From an uncultured Oscillospiraceae bacterium (lineage in GTDB: Bacteria; Bacillota; Clostridia; Peptostreptococcales; Anaerovoracaceae): a DNA stretch of 24,000 nt. Both the position numbers and the translations under genes were made by a program. The notes under the pieces are model-generated. The model saw only the letters and a program-made list of their open reading frames with translations. It had not been told where the DNA came from and ran no database searches. Shown piece after piece: positions 6,558 through 14,646 of the stretch (its first letter is position 1; each line of letters starts with the position of its first letter). The DNA is taken from NCBI GenBank assembly GCA_964400515.1, contig CAYNTJ010000009.1, positions 59,292 to 83,291 of the forward strand, written 5' to 3'.

Positions 6558-8088
6558 CGCCAGTTACCTCCAGATATGTTTTCATTTTGTTTACAACCTC
6601 CTGATATAGAACAGCATTTGCAGCGGCATTTTTTTGAATGATAGGAAAGGCTTTGAACCGCACCGCTTTTATGCGCCAGGCTTCGGCCTGTTCCTCAAAG
6701 AACGGAATCTGCTCGATTTCAGGAATAAAATAGCGGCAGTTCAAGCAAGCCTGCATATCGCATTTACATCCGGTAATATCACTGCATATGCCGCCGCGCA
6801 CCCTGTGGGCACGCAGGTTTTCCAGCAGCCTGGCCTCCGTCTGCGGGTTCATGCTCAGGATTCTCCCATGAAACATAACCGGAGATGACTCGTCAGACTC
6901 CCCCAAAACAAGCCTCTGCTTTTCCGTAAGAACCTCCGGACGCAGGTCGAGATGGTTGTATGATTTGAGAATCATCTGGTCGTTCTTGTGGCCTGTCATG
7001 TGGGCGATCTGCTCTATGGTAAAGCCTTCTGCCAGCCGGTCTGTAATGCCGTTGTGTCTGAGCATGTGGCTTTTCAGAACATATAGGGTTCCGTTTTCAT
7101 CACGGACATCATACATTTCGCAGTATCGTTTGAAGAACACGTTGATATGGTTAGGGGTAGCTGTCAGGACATTGTGCTTCCGGACAACTGTTTCGGCCCA
7201 TTTTCCGTATCTGTACCAGGCTTTCTTGTAGGCCAGCAGCAGTCCCCGCTGATTTTCCGGCAGATAAGGCGATAGGGCACGCTGCGCTTCCTGCTGCTCA
7301 TGTAAAAGGTCTATCAGATATTTCCCAATCCCCTCATACTCAATGTGGAGGCTGCGCATCTCTGCCAGGTTGTAGCCGCCGTTTTGCTTCCATGAGGGGA
7401 GGAACAGAATAAAATGCCCGTCAAACTGCTTGACGCAGTCCGGCTCCATTGCGCAGACCTCGCTGACCCGCGTGGGAAAAAGCCTCATAATCCAATACGC
7501 GACCCGAATATGAAGCTGTATTTCCGGCATTAGAAATAACCGGTCAAGCTGGCGTTCAACAAAAGGAGGAATCAGCTTTTCGTCATAGTGTAAAGGCTGA
7601 ACGAATGGGTTTCCGGCGAAATGATTGTATAGCTTCCGGCCTTCCCATCCCTGCATGACATCAAAAAAGTTCTTGATGACTTGCCATATGCCGTTTTTTA
7701 CCTGTTCCTTTGTACAATTCCCATCCAGATATGCTTTAAATCCAGCGACAAAGGACGGCGTGCAACAATACAGAGCATCTTCTTCACCCTGCAATTCTAG
7801 AAACTGCAGGAACCATATCAGCCGGATCACGTGCTGCCGGGCTGATGATACTCGCATGCCTCCAAGCAGTTTCAGCACAATGAAGTATTTGGCTGCTTCC
7901 TTAAATTGTTCCGGGACATTCACAAAGTGGAGCACACAGGATCTGTCAGCCGGATGCTTTTTGAGCCTGTCGCAGTGCCATATGTCGTCACCAAAGCAAT
8001 CGCTGCCTGAAATACTGGCAACAAAGGCGCGGTATTCCACTTTACGATCTTCCTGAAAGTTTTCCTGCACCGCAGCATTACTTGGCAT
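6541..8088 (-). CDS. tyrosine recombinase 3 of the trio
   Basis: The preferred start is the ATG at 8088 (GGAGGTG 6 nt upstream); the track uses the TTG at 8103. Recombinase boxes are PTRVSEVCAM (Arg), HMLRHNG (H-x-x-R) and GHKNDQMILKSYNHL (His/Tyr). The tail is Cys-rich: CSDITGCKCDMQACLNCRYF. Confidence 0.85.
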   Translation of the reverse strand: MPSNAAVQENFQEDRKVEYRAFVASISGSDCFGDDIWHCDRLKKHPADRSCVLHFVNVPEQFKEAAKYFIVLKLLGGMRVSSARQHVIRLIWFLQFLELQGEEDALYCCTPSFVAGFKAYLDGNCTKEQVKNGIWQVIKNFFDVMQGWEGRKLYNHFAGNPFVQPLHYDEKLIPPFVERQLDRLFLMPEIQLHIRVAYWIMRLFPTRVSEVCAMEPDCVKQFDGHFILFLPSWKQNGGYNLAEMRSLHIEYEGIGKYLIDLLHEQQEAQRALSPYLPENQRGLLLAYKKAWYRYGKWAETVVRKHNVLTATPNHINVFFKRYCEMYDVRDENGTLYVLKSHMLRHNGITDRLAEGFTIEQIAHMTGHKNDQMILKSYNHLDLRPEVLTEKQRLVLGESDESSPVMFHGRILSMNPQTEARLLENLRAHRVRGGICSDITGCKCDMQACLNCRYFIPEIEQIPFFEEQAEAWRIKAVRFKAFPIIQKNAAANAVLYQEVVNKMKTYLEVTGDEKNS

Positions 8089-9895
8089 ACAAACCACCTC
8101 CAAAAGCTGCCTCGATTTTTGTCACGGTATCCGAGTAGGAATCAAGCAGCGCTTTTTCCTGCTGATACTGCCGGTATGACTGGTAATCCGCAATCCCCAT
8201 CTCCCGGTAGGACTCAACAAGCCCGTCCACGAGCTTGCGCTGGGAATCCCGCAGGGCTATCCAGTACTGTAGATACGGTTTGCCTGTACAAAGATTTTTG
8301 CAGTTTACACAGCTTAGCGTACGGCTGCGCTCCCGGCATTCTCCATCGGCAAAAACGCGCATACAGAATCCCAATTCAACCCTGCGCTGTTCAAGGCGGA
8401 AGTCCACAAACAAGAGCCGCCGCTGTTCTTCGCTGAATTGATCAAGCTGCTCGTTGTTAAGCAGAAGATCAAATTTTTCTCTAAAAAAGGAAGTGTTCAT
8501 TTCAGCAAGCCGCTTCTTTCGAACCTCGGCGTAATACTTCATTGAGGTTTTGCGTGAGAGATGGCTCAGCCAGTAGGCAAGCTCCGTCATGGATGCTCCG
8601 CTTTCGACCAGCATGACGGCAATGGTTTTTCGGAACTGTCTTGTGGTCAGCTTCCAGAGGTGGTCATTTTCATCAGTAATGCAGTGCTTCGCAATCAGCC
8701 TGTTTACCGCATCGCAAAACCCGTCACCGCAGGGAAGCGAAGGACGCTGGCTCCCATTTTTCACAATGAAGATATACGGCTCACCATATTCCTCCCGCAG
8801 GCTTTGGGTTCTCTTAATCTGACGGGTGATTTCTCTTGACAGAAAAGCAGGGATCAGCATTTCACAGGTATCGCCGATGCCGCGCTTGCGCCGGGCGCTT
8901 AATGTTTTGTGCGGCACATAGCGCAGGAGCATCAGCCCCTCAAAACGTGATGGTGCCAGACAGTCCTCTTTCAGCAGTACGACTTCCGACAATCTCAGCC
9001 CGGTATTGATAAAAATGCTGTATAGAACCCGGTGTGTATCGCTTAACTCGTGACTATGCTTTTCAATCGCCGCCGCTACTGGGTCGGGGATTATCTCAGT
9101 ATTTCTGGACATGTTGTCCAGATTGAAAAAGCGGTACTTTGCAAATGGATTCCCCGTCGGTATCGGTGTCCGGAGGCTCGGATCACGCATGTCTCCGCAA
9201 AGGTAGTCTATGATTTGGCCGCAGGCACGCATGGTGTTGGCAACGGACTTGACGGACAGTCTGCCGCCGTGCTTGGATAAGCAGTCGTTTTCCAGATAGT
9301 TGTAGAGTTGACGGGCATCCACATCGGATATATCCGCGAAATAGTGGATGCCTGGGTTATTGCTGCTGAGGAAATTGACTCCCTTGATTACTGCAGCAAG
9401 AACCGGGGTCCGATAGTCGCTACGGCCTTGAAGGTACCACAGCATAAAGTATTTCAGTTCCAAGCGCAGCGAGACGCAATGGATCTTGCTGAAATCGTAG
9501 CTGTTGCTCCTCAAATTGGGTCCGGTTAGATAAAACAGCTGCCATATATCGTTATGGACACTCAATTGTTGGCGGTTTTCCCTCCTGAAAAGTGATTTTT
9601 GCTTCTCAAACTCGATGTCAGCAATTGTTTTAACTACATCAGCGATGGGTGTCCCATAAAACCTGCTTGCCTGCTTTTTGTCTGTAAATGCGGCCTGGAG
9701 CAGCTTAAAACTCGTAACGTTCTCGCGCCTGACAGTAAATTCTGCTGCTTTCTCCTGAAAGTATGCCGTGAGCAAATTTGGCGGGGCATTTTCCATAGCC
9801 CGGATCATTTCCGATACTCCGACAGAATCCAGTACCGGCTGTAGGCTGCTTCTAGAGCACAGTGATTCTTCCAATGCTGTAAATGAGGAGTTCAT
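8078..9895 (-). CDS. tyrosine recombinase 2 of the trio (Tn554 TnpB-like, 605 aa)
   Basis: The ATG at 9895 overlaps the upstream stop as ATGA, with AAGGAGGGG upstream. Motifs are GLRLSEVVLL (Arg box) and RQFRKT...WLSHLSRKTSMKYY (box II with Tyr). The tail is Cys-rich: CMRVFADGECRERSRTLSCVNCKNLC. Size and architecture resemble TnpB of Tn554. Confidence 0.85.
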   Translation of the reverse strand: MNSSFTALEESLCSRSSLQPVLDSVGVSEMIRAMENAPPNLLTAYFQEKAAEFTVRRENVTSFKLLQAAFTDKKQASRFYGTPIADVVKTIADIEFEKQKSLFRRENRQQLSVHNDIWQLFYLTGPNLRSNSYDFSKIHCVSLRLELKYFMLWYLQGRSDYRTPVLAAVIKGVNFLSSNNPGIHYFADISDVDARQLYNYLENDCLSKHGGRLSVKSVANTMRACGQIIDYLCGDMRDPSLRTPIPTGNPFAKYRFFNLDNMSRNTEIIPDPVAAAIEKHSHELSDTHRVLYSIFINTGLRLSEVVLLKEDCLAPSRFEGLMLLRYVPHKTLSARRKRGIGDTCEMLIPAFLSREITRQIKRTQSLREEYGEPYIFIVKNGSQRPSLPCGDGFCDAVNRLIAKHCITDENDHLWKLTTRQFRKTIAVMLVESGASMTELAYWLSHLSRKTSMKYYAEVRKKRLAEMNTSFFREKFDLLLNNEQLDQFSEEQRRLLFVDFRLEQRRVELGFCMRVFADGECRERSRTLSCVNCKNLCTGKPYLQYWIALRDSQRKLVDGLVESYREMGIADYQSYRQYQQEKALLDSYSDTVTKIEAAFGGGLYAK

Positions 9896-11052
9896 CTTTG
9901 CCCCTCCTTTGCCTTTTGAAGCTTATCAAACACCGCCTTGGCGATAATCGGATTGTTGTAATTGCGGTATGGCTCGATAGAATCCAGGCTCTTCCAGCCA
10001 AAGTGCTCCGAAATCATCGCATCGGAAATGTTGTTCTCCGGATGCGCCGCCTGATGCTCCAGAAATTGCATGACTTTCGTGCTGCGTCCGCTGTGGGTAC
10101 GGATTTTTTTGCTGTCAAGACCCGCCCGTGCCGCACACTTTTTCAAAATCTCCCAGTAATTGCGGTATGCAAGGGGAGTACCCTGGCTGCACCCGGCTTT
10201 CAGATTGATAAAGATAGTCTGACTGAGCAGGCCGGATTGTGTTTCCGCCTGGGACCTCTCTGTCAAAAGATAGCGGTCCAGCACATCACGTGTTGATTGC
10301 GGAAGAAAGACAGTGCGGTGCTTGAAATCTCCCGAAGATGCGTCCGGTTTACCTTTTGACCGGCTCGGACTGATACGGCCAGCTTGAGAATCATAATCTT
10401 CAAGCTGCATGCTTAGTACTTCGTCTATCCTGAAGCCTTCCAGCGTGACCAAAAATATAGCCAGATCGCGTAATGTCAGAAAACAGGAGCAGATGGTCAC
10501 CACTTCATCATCCGTATACCATTTGATGTACTCCCGTTTCGCGGTCAGCCTTAACATGTGTCGGTCAATAATGTATTTGTACTCATAAGAACTGATCTGG
10601 CCATAGAGAAACGATTTTTGGGCCCTCTTCGCATTGTCCATTGTCTGAAACTCAACATGATGCATACCGGTCTGTTCGAGCCATTTGTAGAATTCGGTGA
10701 TGACAGTGACATACTTGCTGAGGGTGCTGTATGACAATGGGGCCCGCAGCCGAATAACGCCTCCGTCCTCATAGCTCCTACCCATAAGCCGCATTAAAAA
10801 TGCCATAACATCATCTGTTACGGCATCCTCAAACGATATTCCCTGCCCATGCAGAAAGTTAAGATATACACAAAGCTTGTGTGCGTACTCCTTTCCGGTG
10901 CTGATCTTTCGAATGCTCTTCAAGTCCAGCCATTCATTGATCTGGTAAAACGGGATGCCGTGCCTTGTGATCAGCCATAGTTCCCTTTCACCACCTGACG
11001 GTGCTGGCATCAGTGCGCGCATCACCTTGAAAACTCGTTGTTCTTTTTCCAT
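9892..11052 (-). CDS. tyrosine recombinase 1 of the trio (Tn554 TnpA-like, 386 aa)
   Basis: ATG at 11052 with AGGAGG 5 nt upstream. Motifs are GFRIDEVLSM (Arg), THSGRST (H-x-x-R), HFGW and IEPYRNY (catalytic Tyr). An N-terminal SAM-like core-binding region is present. Confidence 0.9.
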   Translation of the reverse strand: MEKEQRVFKVMRALMPAPSGGERELWLITRHGIPFYQINEWLDLKSIRKISTGKEYAHKLCVYLNFLHGQGISFEDAVTDDVMAFLMRLMGRSYEDGGVIRLRAPLSYSTLSKYVTVITEFYKWLEQTGMHHVEFQTMDNAKRAQKSFLYGQISSYEYKYIIDRHMLRLTAKREYIKWYTDDEVVTICSCFLTLRDLAIFLVTLEGFRIDEVLSMQLEDYDSQAGRISPSRSKGKPDASSGDFKHRTVFLPQSTRDVLDRYLLTERSQAETQSGLLSQTIFINLKAGCSQGTPLAYRNYWEILKKCAARAGLDSKKIRTHSGRSTKVMQFLEHQAAHPENNISDAMISEHFGWKSLDSIEPYRNYNNPIIAKAVFDKLQKAKEGQR

Positions 11053-11110
11053 ACGAACCTCCTATACGATGTACAATAAAATTCCTGCAGAGTACCCTAC
11101 AGGTACAGAT

Positions 11111-11119
11111 ATTGTAACA
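11111..11119 (-). promoter_or_regulatory. candidate extended -10 promoter (TGTTACAAT) for the recombinase operon
   Basis: The minus strand reads gcgTGTTACAATatc about 60 nt upstream of the first recombinase ATG. There is no good -35, so this is a sequence-pattern call only. Confidence 0.3.
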
Positions 11120-11159
11120 CGCTTATAGAAGGCTGTAGTAACATGGCTTTACATCGTCT

Positions 11160-11171
11160 TTCTATCGTGTA
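11160..11171. repeat. subterminal inverted repeat, right copy (TTCTATCGTGTA)
   Basis: Perfect reverse complement of 5762-5773. A further half-site, CCGTGTAT, lies at 11180-11187. Confidence 0.8.
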
Positions 11172-11192
11172 ATTAACTACCGTGTATAGTTC

Positions 11193-13121
11193 CTAAATAA
11201 ACCGTTCGCATTCCAGCGGCGTCAGCCTCCGGATCAGCTTACCGACGCGAACAGGATGCACGTTGTTGAGGGAGTACCCACCATCCGTTTTAGACTGGAG
11301 GGTTCCACACAGATCGCCGTTTTCCACACCGTTCCGGCAGTCCAGCCCGGCGACGTCAGATTCGCACACTAGGTCGGTTGCATCCTTGTACTGTCTTGCG
11401 CTTTGGGTGCTGACCACCTCGTTTTGTGCATATTCGTCACTTCGCTGCTGGGAAAAGACACAATGCCGATCAGTGGCCGTTACGGTATAACTGATGTCAG
11501 GCTGTACGCCGATGCCGTTCCCGCCGTTATGATCCTGCCGGTCGATAATATTACCGGCGATGCAGTAGGTTTCGTCAGGTGACAGATCGGCACATTCTTT
11601 ATCTGGAAGAACAGCCGGCTGGGAAATTAGCGGCACGTTGTTTCCCCCCGTGCCATATCGGGCGGACATCGTTGGGGCTATCTCATGGGGACCAGTATAG
11701 CGCGAGTCAATGCCATGGTTCTCGAACAGTTCCGGCTGGTTACCCAATACAATAGGGGGATGTCCGTCCATCTGCGCCCGCAGCGTAGCGGTGATATTTT
11801 CAGTGATATCCATGCGGTTGCCGCCCTGGTCGTTGAGACACAGCACGGAGGGCACCATGTTCGTGCCGCTCTCCGAAGCCTTAAGGGTCGGCGCACATTC
11901 CTCCTGATAACCGATGCCTCCGGCTTTTGCACCCTGTCCGGCAGAAAAAGCAGCCGCAAACAGGAGTCCACCCGGATTTCTGCCACCGCCGCCGTCTGCG
12001 CCGGCCAAGGTCGGAGCAATACTTTCTTGCGTAAAAATTCGATCCTGTTGAGTGTCCCAGGGTGTTAAACAATTTGAGCGGTCCTGATTCGGTGTTTCGG
12101 CAATAAAGGTCTGTTGCTTCATGCCGGGCTGAGCTTGTATCGCACCAGCCACATCATTAAGTTCCCGCACTTCATCCCGCTGGTTACAGGCGAAGGCTAC
12201 TGGCAGACTATCTGGGCAGGACATGTTTTCTTTTTCTGTTGTTACATAACCATGTCCGCCGCCACCACCAGCGCCGCTGTAGAGGGAGGGCCAAACACCG
12301 CCGCTTTCATAAATACGGCGGCTCTGCACATCCCACGGTGTCAGACATTCTCTGCCATTATCTCTGTGATCGGACGGATTCCCGCCTGTATTTCCAGTGC
12401 CTTTTTCAGGACAGGCGGCAGCTCCTTGCCGCGTTTCTTCGCTCTCCGCAGAATCCCCAAACAGGCGGTCTTGCTCAAATAATATTTGGGGTGCGGTTCG
12501 GCCTGCAAAATCTGCGACAAGGTAGATACGTTTCCTCCGTTGCGGGGTGCGGGGCCAGTATTGAGCATCCAATACTCTCCAAGCAACGGAGAATTGATCT
12601 CCCAATATGGCCCCAGCAGATTGCCATACCCCTCCCGGAGGTCGAGGTATAGATACGGTACTGTCAGCAATTCTGCAGGTTTCTTCGAGTACCGCCCTGA
12701 AGTCCTCGGAGTCTGAGGAACTGAAGGCTCCGGGAACATTTTCCCAGCACATATACCGAGGTCGAACAGCGTCAGCTGTCCTTCCGTTTGCTTTGTCATA
12801 CGCTCTCATCTCCTTGATGACACGAACCTGCTCCATGAACAGCCCGGAACGCTCGCCCTGAAGGCCGGCGCGTTTTCCAGCCACACTAAGGTCCTGACAG
12901 GGTGAGCCTCCGCAGACCACATCCACGGGAGTCAGTTCGCCACCTTTCAGTTGTGTGATGTCGCCAACATGGAGCATATCCGGAAACCGTAATTTCGTGA
13001 CTTCAATGGGAAACGGTTCGATTTCGCTGGCCCATACAGGGGTAAAGCCCTGCCGGACGCCTGCCAGCGGAAATCCACCGATCCCGTCGAACAGGCTTCC
13101 GAGGGTCAGCAGTGAAGTCAC
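11193..13121 (-). CDS. DNA (cytosine-5)-methyltransferase, 5' 640 codons, interrupted by the recombinase element (ORF ends in element-derived F-I-stop)
   Basis: The GTG start at 13121 overlaps the upstream stop as GTGA. Motifs appear in order: I LFDGIGGF, IV GGSPCQDLS, VI CWENVPGAF, VIII QRRKRIYLVA, then a ~430-aa variable region. It ends ...RRLTPLECER followed by FI* where the TAG lies in the terminal repeat of the inserted element. Confidence 0.92.
   Translation of the reverse strand: MTSLLTLGSLFDGIGGFPLAGVRQGFTPVWASEIEPFPIEVTKLRFPDMLHVGDITQLKGGELTPVDVVCGGSPCQDLSVAGKRAGLQGERSGLFMEQVRVIKEMRAYDKANGRTADAVRPRYMCWENVPGAFSSSDSEDFRAVLEETCRIADSTVSIPRPPGGVWQSAGAILGDQFSVAWRVLDAQYWPRTPQRRKRIYLVADFAGRTAPQILFEQDRLFGDSAESEETRQGAAACPEKGTGNTGGNPSDHRDNGRECLTPWDVQSRRIYESGGVWPSLYSGAGGGGGHGYVTTEKENMSCPDSLPVAFACNQRDEVRELNDVAGAIQAQPGMKQQTFIAETPNQDRSNCLTPWDTQQDRIFTQESIAPTLAGADGGGGRNPGGLLFAAAFSAGQGAKAGGIGYQEECAPTLKASESGTNMVPSVLCLNDQGGNRMDITENITATLRAQMDGHPPIVLGNQPELFENHGIDSRYTGPHEIAPTMSARYGTGGNNVPLISQPAVLPDKECADLSPDETYCIAGNIIDRQDHNGGNGIGVQPDISYTVTATDRHCVFSQQRSDEYAQNEVVSTQSARQYKDATDLVCESDVAGLDCRNGVENGDLCGTLQSKTDGGYSLNNVHPVRVGKLIRRLTPLECERFI
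11202..11207. repeat. junction hexamer CCGTTC (right copy)
   Basis: See 5734-5739. Confidence 0.85.
12341..12799 (-). other. embedded alternative-frame ORF (152 codons) inside the methyltransferase gene; coding status unproven
   Basis: Same strand as the methyltransferase, shifted by one nucleotide. ATG at 12799 with AAGGAG 10 nt upstream. The product MTKQTEGQLTLFDLGICAGKMFPEPS...STLSQILQAEPHPKYYLSKTACLGILRRAKKRGKELPPVLKKALEIQAG... has balanced, protein-like composition. Confidence 0.3.
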
Positions 13122-13678
13122 AGCTGCAGCTTCATGCCGGGGGAGGGCGCTTCCTCCAGCTCGATCTCCCTTTCTTTCGGGAAGTAGGACACATTAGGTG
13201 TACGGATGTCCCGCATCAACCGTTCGGCTTCCGTTGCAGCTTCTTCATAGGTATCAAAGGTTATCGGCTTGCCGTCATTCTTCAGCCAGGCTTCCGCCGC
13301 TCCGCAGATTGAGCCGGTGCTCCGTCTTGCCCAGATGCCGTACTGTTTCATAGCGATTCCTCCTTTTGTTTGTTCTGTCAATATGTTCCGTATTGGTATG
13401 CCGAGCTGCTCGGCCTCCGCGATCTCACAGCCCATTCCGTGGCTGATCCGCTCACCGCAAATCCACACCTCATCGCAGGAGGCCAGTACCCGCAAGCCCA
13501 TCTGAATGCCGGCCTCTCTTTCAGCGGGGACTGAGTCATTCAAGATTTGCGGGTACAGCATATGGACAGCTATGGGCGCACACCCTTGATCCGCGGCATA
13601 GCGGCAGGCGGCTCTGGCAAACAGAAGATTGTTTTCGATATCTCCCGCGAAGGGAGAACAGATATATACCAGCTTCAT
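13118..13678 (-). CDS. DUF4406 / nucleoside 2-deoxyribosyltransferase-like protein with a C-terminal extension
   Basis: The ATG at 13678 overlaps the upstream stop as ATGA. The N-terminal MKLVYICSPFAGDIENNLLFARAACRYA...CDEVWICGERISHGMGCEIAEAEQLGIP resembles the Rossmann-like DUF4406 pattern as I recall it. A second ~80-aa domain follows (MKQYGIWARRSTG...). Confidence 0.55.
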   Translation of the reverse strand: MKLVYICSPFAGDIENNLLFARAACRYAADQGCAPIAVHMLYPQILNDSVPAEREAGIQMGLRVLASCDEVWICGERISHGMGCEIAEAEQLGIPIRNILTEQTKGGIAMKQYGIWARRSTGSICGAAEAWLKNDGKPITFDTYEEAATEAERLMRDIRTPNVSYFPKEREIELEEAPSPGMKLQL

Positions 13679-14580
13679 TTCGCAGCCACCGCCTTTACCA
13701 CAGTGCGTGTCATATTAACGGCGGTCTGAGCGGTATATACCGCACTCATGAGGTTGGCCTTGGTACTGGTGTCCAGTCCGAAGGCTCCGGCGATACGGGG
13801 AATTTCCCCGGCTGCCAGCATCAAACCAAGCCCCAGCAGGACGTGGTCTTTGATTACCATCAGCCCTGCTATGAGGATTGTGGACTGGAGGAAAGCCGTC
13901 AGGCACAGGCCGACGATCTGCTTGCACCAGCTGACAAAACCGTCCAGATAGCCTCTCGGAACACTAAACATATAAAGGCTGCCTACGGCTATTTGGATGA
14001 GCAGGATACCGCCGCGCTTGAGGTTGGCGAAAAAAACCTTGATCACCGCATAGCCCATCATAATGAGAATGAACAGCATCATGATCGGGTTGATTGTGCT
14101 TCCGGCGCCTCCAAACACGCCGGCTGTCCCTGCGCTGTCCAGGCTTCCGGCCGAGGACAGCTGGCTGATGATGTTACCCGCGAGAGTATCCACGCCGGAG
14201 CCATATCCGGTAATGCCGGCCGTGAAACTGCTCTGCAGGGAAACGGAGAGCTTATATAGCTCCACTGGCACCGTGGAAAACAGCCCCACAGCCAGAAAGC
14301 CCTTGAGAATGTTCAGCGCGGTATCCTTTATGCTTCCGCGGCCGGACTGGTATTCAATGCCGCATTCAAAGACGGATACCACCAACCCTGTGCCGTATAG
14401 CGCCCAAGCCAGATAGAAAAAGAACAGGACAATGGATTTCACCCAGGTCATTTCGAACAGATCAGCACCCATATTGCCCATAGCAGAAAAGAAATTACCG
14501 AGAAAACCGATGATCTGACCGTAGACCCAATCCAGAATCTGTTTCAGCACGGTATCGGCTGCAAAGTCCCATATGAACAT
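13675..14580 (-). CDS. VirB6/TrbL-like polytopic conjugation channel protein
   Basis: The preferred start is the ATG at 14580 (AGGAGG 8 nt upstream); the track starts at the GTG at 14589. About 300 aa with at least 6 hydrophobic helices and a central Gly/Ser-rich loop. Sequence resembles TrbL/VirB6-type proteins of Clostridial conjugative elements, and the position is within the T4SS block. Confidence 0.75.
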   Translation of the reverse strand: MFIWDFAADTVLKQILDWVYGQIIGFLGNFFSAMGNMGADLFEMTWVKSIVLFFFYLAWALYGTGLVVSVFECGIEYQSGRGSIKDTALNILKGFLAVGLFSTVPVELYKLSVSLQSSFTAGITGYGSGVDTLAGNIISQLSSAGSLDSAGTAGVFGGAGSTINPIMMLFILIMMGYAVIKVFFANLKRGGILLIQIAVGSLYMFSVPRGYLDGFVSWCKQIVGLCLTAFLQSTILIAGLMVIKDHVLLGLGLMLAAGEIPRIAGAFGLDTSTKANLMSAVYTAQTAVNMTRTVVKAVAAK

Positions 14581-14646
14581 GGGCATCACCTCCTTGACAA
14601 AAAAATAAGGAGCCTGTCATTTTACAAGCTCCCGAAAAAGGTTGTT

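Larger units (their letters stand above)
5740..11207 (-). mobile_element. Tn554-like / recombinase-in-trio-like element: three tyrosine recombinases, a TnpC-like gene and a small ORF, inserted in the methyltransferase gene
   Basis: Removing 5740-11207 (leaving one CCGTTC) rejoins ...CTGGAATGCGAACGG|CTTCAAGGGTTTCCG... in frame. Imperfect terminal inverted repeats are TTTGTTTAG (5742-5750) and CTAAATAAA (11193-11201). A subterminal 12-bp inverted repeat is TACACGATAGAA (5762-5773) and TTCTATCGTGTA (11160-11171). The internal genes are overlapping and translationally coupled. Confidence 0.85.

Noticed and set aside
7625-8056. Plus-strand ORFs opposite the recombinase, MTase, VirB6-like and Tad genes (for example 7625-8056, 9883-10296, 12114-12652, 13843-14259, 22898-23362, 23549-23962)
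   Set aside because: They are antisense shadows of well-supported minus-strand genes in GC-rich DNA. They lack SD sequences, have skewed Arg/Ser/Cys/Pro composition, and none shows a recognisable motif.
11678-12072. Other same-strand alternative-frame ORFs inside the MTase gene (11678-12019, 11881-12072)
   Set aside because: Unlike the 12341-12799 ORF, these are Arg/Cys/Trp-rich (for example RRNVRRPLRLRRAARTWCPPCCV) with no SD. They are treated as chance open frames.
12341-12799. The two overlapping frames might signal a frameshift error in the methyltransferase gene
   Set aside because: The main frame is uninterrupted from 13121 to 11193 and presents motifs I, IV, VI and VIII in the correct order and spacing. 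No frame change is needed to explain the MTase, so the second frame is reported as a separate hypothesis.
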